Assembly (NCBI GenBank): GCA_964596525.1
Contig: CAZQUL010000001.1
Span: 332,830-396,829 of the forward strand
From: an uncultured Gammaproteobacteria bacterium
Lineage (GTDB): Bacteria > Patescibacteriota > Patescibacteriia > Magasanikbacterales > GWA2-37-8
DNA length: 64,000 nucleotides
Direction of reading: 5' to 3'
This document shows positions 36,145 to 43,750 of this stretch, one piece after another. The notes beneath the pieces were generated by a model. The model saw only the letters and a list, made by a program, of their open reading frames with translations, was not told the origin of the DNA and did not search any database. The translations under genes were made by a program, and so were the position numbers. Position 1 is the stretch's first letter, and every line of letters begins with the position of its first letter.

Positions 36145-37416
36145 ATGCGCTCCTACATCGTCGATCTGCATGTCCATTCCAAATATTCGCGCGCCTGTTC
36201 CAAGAATCTCGAAATTCCTGCCATCGCTCAAGCGTGCGTAAAGAAAGGTATTAACATCATTTCTACCGGCGATGCTTTGCACCCTGCCTGGCTTACCCAT
36301 CTCAAAGAAACTTTAGTTGAGGATGCGCCAGGTATCTTTAAAGTCAAAGATGGCACTTCGCCGACGCGCTTTATCCTCGGCACCGAGGTCGCCTGCATCT
36401 ACAAGCACCGCGGCGCTACGCGTCGTCTGCATCTTTTATTGTTTTTTCCGTCGTTTGAAACTCTCGATACGGTGGTGGCCGAGCTCGTGAGACGAGGTTA
36501 TAACATTTCCTCCGATGGCCGCCCGATCCTTGGGCTCTCGGCAAAAGATTTGCTCCAACTCATGCTCGATATTGATGTGCGCTCAGTAATGATACCAGCG
36601 CATGCCTGGACGCCGTGGTTTGCGGTCTTCGGTTCCAAATCTGGTTACGATTCGCTCACGGATTGTTTTGAAGAGCTCACGCCGCATATTCGCGCTATCG
36701 AAACCGGTCTCTCGAGTGACCCGGTGATGAACCGTCGCTTATCTCTTCTCGACGACATTACCCTCATCTCCAACTCTGATGCGCACGGACTCGATAACTT
36801 GGGGCGCGAGGCGAACGTGCTTGCCTTTGAAAACGACGCCATGGTTACCTATGATGCAGTGATGAACGCTATCAAAGCGGGGGATAAGAAGCATTTTTTG
36901 TACACAATAGAGTTTTATCCGGAAGAAGGAAAGTATCATGCCGATGGCCACGCAGCCTGCAAGGTATCGCTCGCACCCGAAGAATCTTTTAAGCTTGATG
37001 GTCTGTGTCCGGTATGCAAAAAACCGCTCACCATCGGCGTACTCAACCGCGTGGCAAAACTCGCCGATCGCACGATCGAAGAAATTCCGACCGGAAAATT
37101 CATTCCTCACCGCTACATCGTTCCGCTGCGCGAAGTAATTGCGCAGGTGTACAACATCGGTGTCGCAAGTAAAAAAGTCGCTGCCGAGTATGAGCGCCTT
37201 ACATCTCGCGTCGCCGATGAGTTCACGCTTCTTCTCACAACGCCCATAGAGCAAATCCACGCTGAAGCGCTTGATGCACGCGTTGCTGATGCGGTTGATA
37301 ATATGCGTAACGGCAACGTCCGAGTCACGCCTGGCTACGACGGCATCTTTGGTGTTATCGAAGTGATTTCAAAAGGAGAAAAACTCCCGATGTACCGGCA
37401 GCAAAGCTTGCTATAG
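36145..37416 (+). CDS. PHP-domain nuclease, endonuclease Q-like (TIGR00375-type)
   Basis: DLHVHSKYS at the N-terminus plus HAWTPWF and SNSDAH metal ligands, with a CPVCKK zinc-finger-like segment. About 420 aa, as in EndoQ-family proteins. Confidence 0.6.
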   Translation: MRSYIVDLHVHSKYSRACSKNLEIPAIAQACVKKGINIISTGDALHPAWLTHLKETLVEDAPGIFKVKDGTSPTRFILGTEVACIYKHRGATRRLHLLLFFPSFETLDTVVAELVRRGYNISSDGRPILGLSAKDLLQLMLDIDVRSVMIPAHAWTPWFAVFGSKSGYDSLTDCFEELTPHIRAIETGLSSDPVMNRRLSLLDDITLISNSDAHGLDNLGREANVLAFENDAMVTYDAVMNAIKAGDKKHFLYTIEFYPEEGKYHADGHAACKVSLAPEESFKLDGLCPVCKKPLTIGVLNRVAKLADRTIEEIPTGKFIPHRYIVPLREVIAQVYNIGVASKKVAAEYERLTSRVADEFTLLLTTPIEQIHAEALDARVADAVDNMRNGNVRVTPGYDGIFGVIEVISKGEKLPMYRQQSLL

Positions 37417-37440
37417 GACTCATTTATTTAGAGCGATTAA

Positions 37441-37472
37441 AAAATCCTCGCCTCGCGGCAAGGATTTTTTAT
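37441..37472. terminator. bidirectional terminator
   Basis: AAAAAATCCT-cgcctcgcggca-AGGATTTTTT. Confidence 0.75.
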
Positions 37473-37808
37473 TTATTTCCGTTTCGTGGTTTTTTTCTTG
37501 GCTTTCTTTTTCGTCGCTTTCTTTTTCATTGTCTTCTTCGCTGGTTTCTTTTTCTTAGTAGGCATACAAATGATGCTTAAAGAACGTTGTGAAAGGTAAT
37601 GCGCAGTGGTGCGCATCGAGCTTTCAGAAGTGTTGAGGTTTTTTTACCGGACAAGCATGTCGGTAAAATTCGACCTTGTTGTGATTATTATAAAACGAAT
37701 CGCAAGATAAATAAATGTTTTTGCGCGAAAGTTATGCACAGGAGAAAAAATTTTGTGCGTCGGTAAATTTTTTTGGAATTATTTTCATCGAGCGTGTTTT
37801 TATTTTTT

Positions 37809-37955
37809 TCATTGTGAGGAAGTAATTAGACGACTGACAGCTTGTCCCGATTAGATCGGGAAAGCAATCTTCTAGTATTTCAGAACTCACTCTGATATCA
37901 AGGGGGTTGCCCGCCCGGCACGCCTTTGCTGCCATGGCGGACGGGCTTCACTGCA
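37809..37955. repeat. MITE-like repeat copy 5 (module B plus inverted module A)
   Basis: TCATTGTGAGGAAG...GACGACTGACAGCTTGTCCCGATTAGATCGGGAAAGCAA...GGGGGTTGCCCGCCCGGCACGCCTTTGCTGCCATGGCGGACGGGCT, the last part being the reverse complement of module A. Confidence 0.75.
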
Positions 37956-37970
37956 CTCACACTGACGTTG

Positions 37971-39740
37971 CTAAACTTTACGCAACGCATGCAACTCTGC
38001 TTCTAGTTCAAACCACCGTGTTTCGAGTTCGCTAATGCGATCGCTAACGAGAGCAAGCTCTTTTTGTTTATCGGGCGCGTATGAAGTGGGATAGCGTTCG
38101 AAGTAACGCAAAATGCTTGCGCGTTCTTCTTCGCGGACTCTCAGTTCGCGCTCGGCACGCTCGCGCTCGCGCTCAAGCTTTTTTATTTCTTGGTAGCGTT
38201 CGGCCTTGGAAAACGATTTCGTAGTTGCCGGTTCATTCGGTAGAACCTGCGCAGGTTTTTCTCTTCGTTCGCCGAGGTGATAGACATATTCTTCGTACGT
38301 GTATGGATAGCGCAGCGCGGTTCCTTCGGCCACTTCGAGGATCGTCGTGGCAACGACGTTCACGAAGGTGCGGTTGTGGCTTACGAATAGCAGCGTGCCA
38401 TTGAAGGCCTGGAGCGCTACGGCCAGCGCCTCCACCGTTTCAAGATCCAAATGGCTCGTCGGTTCGTCGAGGAGGAGTACGTCATGGCGCGAGAGTAAAA
38501 GTCCGGCAAGCGCAAGACGCGAACGTTCGCCACCGCTCAAAACGCGGATCGGTTTTTCGATGTCATCATCGGAGAATAAAAAATTTCCAGCCATGGCACG
38601 CAGTTCTTCGTGGGGTAGGTGGTAACCCTGTTCTTCCAGGTGCCGGAAAACGGTTTTGTCTGGGTCGAGCATGGCAGCGGTGTGTTGCGCAAAGTAGCCG
38701 ACGGAAATGTTGTGACTCCATTTGAAGCGACCGCCAAGTGCGGGCAGTTCACCGGCGAGTGTTTTGAGGAGCGTAGTTTTGCCGCGGCCGTTTTGACCCA
38801 GGATGGCGGCGTGCGTGCCGCGGTCGATATCGAAAGTGATTTTTTCCGCGATGGTTTTTTCGCCGTAACCAATGGTGAGATTTTCAGTACGTAAGGCCAA
38901 CCCCTTTTTCTCGGGTGCGGACGGTATGACAATGCGCGCGGTTGCGGAGGGGTTTTCAATCGTGATGGTTTCGAGCCGGGCGATTTGCTTGAGTTTTGAT
39001 TGCGCCTGCTTGGCCTTGCTCGCTTTGTAACGGAAGCGGTCGACGAATTCTTGCAGATGCGCGCGTTCACGTTCCACGTTTTTGTTGTAGTGTTCGGCAG
39101 CAAGGCGCACTTCTTCGCGGTAGGCGAAATATTCTTCCAGTCCGCCGGGATAAAATGTTAGTTTGCCGTTCGCCACGTCGAGCGTTTGCTCGCAGGTGTG
39201 TTTGAGGAATTCACGGTCATGCGAGATGATGAGATGCGCGCCGCGGAAGGTGGTGAGATACTCTTGCAGTAAAAGCTGCGTATCAAGGTCGAGATAGTTG
39301 GTAGGTTCGTCAAGAAGGAGCAGGTTCGGATCAGCGAGAAACAAGCCGATGAGTTTAATGCGCATCTGGTAGCCGCCTGAAAGCTGTTCGATGTTCGTGG
39401 CGAGTTGTGCGGCATTTACTTCAAATGCTGCAGCGGTTTTGCCGACGCGCCACGGTTCGGCGTTCGTCAAGCGCTCCAGATATTCAAAAGCGGTTTCGCC
39501 GCTCTGCCATTCGTCGTGCTGCCCCAAAAATCCTAGCCGAGCCCCATCATGCACGATGATCGTGCCATGATCTGCTTCTTCTTGCCCGGTGAGAAGTGCG
39601 AAGAAAGTAGACTTGCCAGCGCCGTTCCTGCCGATGACGCCAATTTTCTGTCCTTCAGCGAGCGAAAAATTTACGTCGTCCAAAATAATGTGCGGTCCGA
39701 AGGATTTGGCAAGATTGGTGATAGTGAGAAGAGTGGCCAT
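37971..39740 (-). CDS. ABC-F family ATPase (translation-associated, EttA/Uup-like)
   Basis: Two ABC domains (GRNGAGKST, LSGGYQMR; GQNGRGKTT, LSGGERSR), no TM, and a C-terminal coiled coil. Confidence 0.9.
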   Translation of the reverse strand: MATLLTITNLAKSFGPHIILDDVNFSLAEGQKIGVIGRNGAGKSTFFALLTGQEEADHGTIIVHDGARLGFLGQHDEWQSGETAFEYLERLTNAEPWRVGKTAAAFEVNAAQLATNIEQLSGGYQMRIKLIGLFLADPNLLLLDEPTNYLDLDTQLLLQEYLTTFRGAHLIISHDREFLKHTCEQTLDVANGKLTFYPGGLEEYFAYREEVRLAAEHYNKNVERERAHLQEFVDRFRYKASKAKQAQSKLKQIARLETITIENPSATARIVIPSAPEKKGLALRTENLTIGYGEKTIAEKITFDIDRGTHAAILGQNGRGKTTLLKTLAGELPALGGRFKWSHNISVGYFAQHTAAMLDPDKTVFRHLEEQGYHLPHEELRAMAGNFLFSDDDIEKPIRVLSGGERSRLALAGLLLSRHDVLLLDEPTSHLDLETVEALAVALQAFNGTLLFVSHNRTFVNVVATTILEVAEGTALRYPYTYEEYVYHLGERREKPAQVLPNEPATTKSFSKAERYQEIKKLERERERAERELRVREEERASILRYFERYPTSYAPDKQKELALVSDRISELETRWFELEAELHALRKV

Positions 39741-39845
39741 AGTGGCTTAAGTGTAGTGGGGGAAGGGGAAAAGGACAAGATGGAGTTGGTAGCTTTTTAG
39801 CTAGTTAGCGTGGTAGGAGAGTGGCTCGTTAGGAAAATCGTATTG

Positions 39846-39972
39846 TCATTGCGAGGAAGGAGCCAGACGACTGACAGCCTGTCCCGATTAGATCGGGAAA
39901 GCAACCCTTCTGTACTTCAGAGTTCATTCTGTTATCAGGGGGATTGCTTCGTCGCTACGCTCCTCGCAATGA
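39846..39972. repeat. MITE-like repeat copy 6 (module B, perfect TIRs)
   Basis: GTCATTGCGAGGAAGG...TCCTCGCAATGAC. Core GACGACTGACAGCCTGTCCCGATTAGATCGGGAAAGCAA. Confidence 0.85.
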
Positions 39973-40026
39973 CATGTATTTTGAGGTTTAAACAAAAAGC
40001 CGCGGTGGGCGGCTTACGTGGTAGGG

Positions 40027-40686
40027 TTACTTCTTCGCCGCGGCGCGCTCGGCGAGCACCTGCTCGAAGTGCGCGGTAATGGAACGGTGTTGGGTGAGCA
40101 GGTCTTCGACGCTGGGTGTCGCGCCTTCGGGCGGAATCTCGTGACGGCCTTCAGCGCAGCACAGGCACAGTCCGCGGTCATTGAGGGCTTCTCGCGGCTC
40201 ACTGCAAGCGCAGTCACACGGGCACCAGCAGGTACGCAGTTCGTCGCAGATATCTTCAAAAACTTTTTTCCAGTTTGTATATCCACGCCGGCCGAGTCGG
40301 TACTTGTTCGTTGCGGTTGGTACATTCTTGTCGAAGCCGGCTCTGAGCCAGATGATATGCGTCACGCCGAGCTCGGTCGCGGTTGCTTGCAGGTCATCGG
40401 TCTTTTCGAAGTAGCGCACGTTCTCGCGTAGGAGGTGCGTTCTGGCATAAAAATCGTTTGCTTCGAGATGGCCGAGAAGATGCTGCGTTACTTCGTCTTT
40501 TTCTACGCCGAGTAGGTAAACTTTTTCGGCATCAAAGCGGTTTACGAGCGCTGGAACGAGTTCAAGATAGGTCGGATCGATCATGTAAGGCGACCCGATG
40601 AGAATCTCCGCTGGCGTTGGACCGCAGAGTGCCAGCGCTTCGATGGCGAAAACGAATCGACGGCCGGGAGTTATGGTGGTTTCCAT
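40027..40686 (-). CDS. hypothetical protein with C-terminal Cys cluster (CWCPCDCAC...CLCC)
   Basis: AAAGGA Shine-Dalgarno before ATG 40686. The longer track ORF to 40779 has no Shine-Dalgarno. No assignable family. Divergent from the sigma-factor gene. Confidence 0.5.
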   Translation of the reverse strand: METTITPGRRFVFAIEALALCGPTPAEILIGSPYMIDPTYLELVPALVNRFDAEKVYLLGVEKDEVTQHLLGHLEANDFYARTHLLRENVRYFEKTDDLQATATELGVTHIIWLRAGFDKNVPTATNKYRLGRRGYTNWKKVFEDICDELRTCWCPCDCACSEPREALNDRGLCLCCAEGRHEIPPEGATPSVEDLLTQHRSITAHFEQVLAERAAAKK

Positions 40687-40867
40687 GAGCGTCCTTTCGT
40701 GTACGGCGTGGTTCTGGCTGCACCAGCAATACCAAAAAACCATTAAAATGTCAATCATTGCCCGAGTAATTTTGCTCATCAGCTTTCATCAACTATCCGG
40801 CTTGACGGACTGCATGAATTGTGGGATCATCGCTAGCTTGTCGTGGTTACCAAGGAGGTAAAGGGTC

Positions 40868-41533
40868 GTGGAGAAGCAAGGTTCCAAGGAGGTATTAACT
40901 GCCGATCAACAGGCGCTCATTACGCCTAAAATGCTGAAATACGTTGACTATCTGGCCAAACGGCTGCACAAGAAAAATGGCGCGGCCAGAGCTTTAGGCT
41001 TTGAAGAGCTCGTGACGGCTGGCCGGTTTGGTCTGACCGAAGCGGCTGCGCGCTTTAATGAGCAGTTAGGAGTTACGTTTATTACGTTCGCTACACCACG
41101 GATACGGGGTGGCATGCTTGACCGGTTGCGGCAGGTACCTGGCTGGAATCGTCAAACAAAGATTCTCACCCCCCTTGTCCTTATAGGAGAAAGTCATCGC
41201 CTGAGCCATCTTTTCTTTTCCGGTCGGCACGTTTCGGGCGAACGGGATCCGTTTTCAGACAAAGATCAAACCGGAATGAGCGAAGCTGTCTTGAACCAAG
41301 CCAGCCCGGAAACCCTGGCGGTGCGCCGAGAACTTCTTGAGCGGATGAAGACCTGCATGGCGACGTTGAGCGTTAACGAGCAAACGGTTATTGCTTTACG
41401 CTATTTTCAGGGCGCTACGCTCGAAGAAATTGGCAAAGCAATCGGCCTTGAAAAGTCCTGGGTCTGCCGCCTGCATCACCGGGCGCTCGCTAAGCTCCAA
41501 AAAGCCCTTGGTGAAGATGTTGGTTCCTTATAA
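40868..41533 (+). CDS. sigma-70 family RNA polymerase sigma factor (FliA/SigF-like)
   Basis: Region 2 LVTAGRFGLTEAAARF...FATPRIRGGMLDRLR. Region 4 helix-turn-helix LSVNEQTVIALRYFQGATLEEIGKAIGLEKSWVCRLHHRALAKL. GGAGG then GTG. Confidence 0.85.
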   Translation: MEKQGSKEVLTADQQALITPKMLKYVDYLAKRLHKKNGAARALGFEELVTAGRFGLTEAAARFNEQLGVTFITFATPRIRGGMLDRLRQVPGWNRQTKILTPLVLIGESHRLSHLFFSGRHVSGERDPFSDKDQTGMSEAVLNQASPETLAVRRELLERMKTCMATLSVNEQTVIALRYFQGATLEEIGKAIGLEKSWVCRLHHRALAKLQKALGEDVGSL

Positions 41534-41619
41534 AAGTCCTTGTAGAGGCCGGCGCACGAGCGTCGGTTTTTTATTTAAAAAACGACGACCAGATGGTCGC
41601 CGCCGGGTCGTCGAAATAT

Positions 41620-42171
41620 CTACTGACGAGTGGCTAACGGTTCGAAGAACTCGCTGCATGAGATGTCGCTGCCGTCGGCGACGAAGTGGAAGCCGGTTCC
41701 CATTATCCGGCTTTTGAAGCGGCGCACCGCGACCGGACGGTTGTTGCGCTCCACCGTCGCGGTCGGCTCGTTCCAGGTGATTTCCGGATCGCCATTGATG
41801 CGGATGGTGAAACCGACGCCGACGCCGGTGGGAGCCTCGAGAACCCACAGGTCGTCAGCCGCATGACCGTTGAAAAAGTTGAATCGCCGCTTGGCATCGG
41901 GCGTGCGCGGCAGGCACGAACCGCTGTTACCATCGAAGACGACGATGTCCACGAACCGCACCGTCACTTCCTTGCCATCGACGGTAAATGCTGATGGCAG
42001 TCCGGGCGGCTTAATGGCGATGGTGTCTTGCCACACGGTGTAGGTGGAGCTGTTATGCCGGTCAGTCTCCTTCACCGGTGCGGGCTGTGCAGGCGCGGTC
42101 TGCTGTAGGGTCGTGGCACAGCCCGTGAAATACATGAGAACACATCCCAACCAGAACGTCTTCGGAATCAT
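41620..42171 (-). CDS. hypothetical lipoprotein
   Basis: TAAGGAGG Shine-Dalgarno. Signal WLGCVLMYFTGCAT. Terminator CGACGACC...GGTCGTCG downstream. Confidence 0.7.
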   Translation of the reverse strand: MIPKTFWLGCVLMYFTGCATTLQQTAPAQPAPVKETDRHNSSTYTVWQDTIAIKPPGLPSAFTVDGKEVTVRFVDIVVFDGNSGSCLPRTPDAKRRFNFFNGHAADDLWVLEAPTGVGVGFTIRINGDPEITWNEPTATVERNNRPVAVRRFKSRIMGTGFHFVADGSDISCSEFFEPLATRQ

Positions 42172-42275
42172 CGAGTCCTCCTTATAAGATGCGGAAGTTC
42201 CACCTCCTCAGGCTTTCATGGGTTGGGTGCTTTGTCAATATTTTAGGATAGTGTACATCTATAGCTCGCTAAGTC

Positions 42276-42304
42276 TTGACAATCAATACATAATGCCGTA
42301 TACC
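42276..42304 (+). promoter_or_regulatory. sigma70-like promoter of the collagen-like lipoprotein gene
   Basis: TTGACA, 17-nt spacer, TATACC. Confidence 0.55.
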
Positions 42305-42374
42305 AAGGGGGTCTCGCGTGCCTGCGAGATTGCCTTCACAACTGTACGAGCAGAACGTACCAAAGGAGTTCCCC

Positions 42375-43421
42375 ATGAAGCGTTTCCTGTCCAGCATCTC
42401 CGCCGCGCTCCTCCTGTGCTCCACCGTCTCCCTCTTCGGCTGCGACGAGGGCGAGGTCGTCGGCTCCGCCGGTCCGGCGGGCCAGGCTGGCCCCAAGGGC
42501 GACAAGGGAGACACCGGCGCCATGGGTGCCCCGGGCGCCGATGGCATGATGGGCACCATGGGCCCGGCCGGCACCAACGGCACCGGCGACGTCGTCGTCA
42601 CCGGGACCCTCGCGCCGACCCAGGGCTGGTCCTTCATGACCTTCCGCATGGGCGGCGCCTTCATGAACCGCGTCGTGTTCGCGGATGACTACGCCTACCC
42701 GCCCGAGAGCTTCGCTCTGCCCGGCCTGCCCGTCGCCTCCAGCCTGCGCCTCGAGACCGGCCCGTCGCTCGTCGACCCGGGCAACGCCGCGCAGCTCCTG
42801 GGTGGCAAGGCCTACGCCGGCTCCGCAGGCCAGAACTACACCCGCGTCGGCGACATCATGAGCGTCAAGTACGTCACCCGCGTCGACAGCGCCACGAGTG
42901 TCGCCGCGACCGGCCCCGGCTACCTCAACCTCTTCGTCTCGCCGGGCACCTCGGATCTCAAGACCGCCGCGGCGCGCAAGGCCTGGTTCGAGGCGGAGCC
43001 CACGGAGTACGATCTGATCGTCTTCGATCCGGCCTACTTCCCCAAGCCCGGCTACGCCCCCCAGAACGGCCGCTGGCAGGCCTGGATGCTCGACGACAAC
43101 GCGCCCGTGCGCTGCCGCCGGAGCAAGCTCGTCATCGACGGGACCGGCACGCGCTGCATCAAGGACGCGGAGGTGAAGTGGGGCGTGCTCAAGCAGTACA
43201 ACCCCGATGCCTTCCTCGTGCCGCCCCACTGCTCCGAGTTCGCGGCCGTCGCCCCGGCCATGTGCCCGGCCACCCCGCCGCAGCCCGGCCTGGTCTACGT
43301 CATCGGCTCGTCCACTGAGTCCGTGACCGCGCCCAACTGGAGCAACTTCAAGGTGAACCTCGGCGCCGTCGAGATCACCTACGAAGGGGACTACAAGCGG
43401 CGCTACCTGTTCGGCAAGTAG
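42375..43421 (+). CDS. lipoprotein with collagen-like Gly-X-Y triple-helix repeat
   Basis: AAAGGAG Shine-Dalgarno. Signal LLLCSTVSLFGC. 13 consecutive G-X-Y triplets GPAGQAGPKGDKGDTGAMGAPGADGMMGTMGPAGTNGTG. C-terminal roughly 250-aa globular domain. Confidence 0.75.
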   Translation: MKRFLSSISAALLLCSTVSLFGCDEGEVVGSAGPAGQAGPKGDKGDTGAMGAPGADGMMGTMGPAGTNGTGDVVVTGTLAPTQGWSFMTFRMGGAFMNRVVFADDYAYPPESFALPGLPVASSLRLETGPSLVDPGNAAQLLGGKAYAGSAGQNYTRVGDIMSVKYVTRVDSATSVAATGPGYLNLFVSPGTSDLKTAAARKAWFEAEPTEYDLIVFDPAYFPKPGYAPQNGRWQAWMLDDNAPVRCRRSKLVIDGTGTRCIKDAEVKWGVLKQYNPDAFLVPPHCSEFAAVAPAMCPATPPQPGLVYVIGSSTESVTAPNWSNFKVNLGAVEITYEGDYKRRYLFGK

Positions 43422-43535
43422 CGGCCTGACCGCGGCAGCGCCTGTGCCGCGTCCCGTGCCCATGCCTTGGATGTGAACCGCCCGGTTTCGAGCGCAAGCT
43501 TGGAACCGGGATTTTTTATTAAAAGTTTGTGTGGG

Positions 43536-43671
43536 TTATTGCGAGAACGAGGTACGAGCGACGAAGCCCGTCCGCCATGGCAGCAAGGCGTGCCGGGCGG
43601 GCAATCCTCTTGATATCAGAGTGGGCTCTGAATTACAGAGGGATTGCTTCGTCGTTCCTCCTCGCAATGAC
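43536..43671. repeat. MITE-like repeat copy 7 (module A)
   Basis: TTATTGCGAGAACGAGG...AGCCCGTCCGCCATGGCAGCAAGGCGTGCCGGGCGGGCAATCC...GGGATTGCTTCGTCGTTCCTCCTCGCAATGAC. It lies 80 bp upstream of clpC. Confidence 0.8.
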
Positions 43672-43750
43672 AGTGTTTAAAAAGAATTTCTTCATTGACT
43701 TCCGCCCCTGTCCTCCTTATACTAGTACCTCACTACCCTTAGCTTCTCGT

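Noticed and set aside
43529-43750. 5' extension of the clpC ORF through MITE copy 7 (MWVIARTRYERRSPSAMAARRAG...)
   Set aside because: It reads through a repeat element. The same pseudo-peptide (SPSAMAAK/RRAG) appears wherever module A occurs. The true start is 43751.
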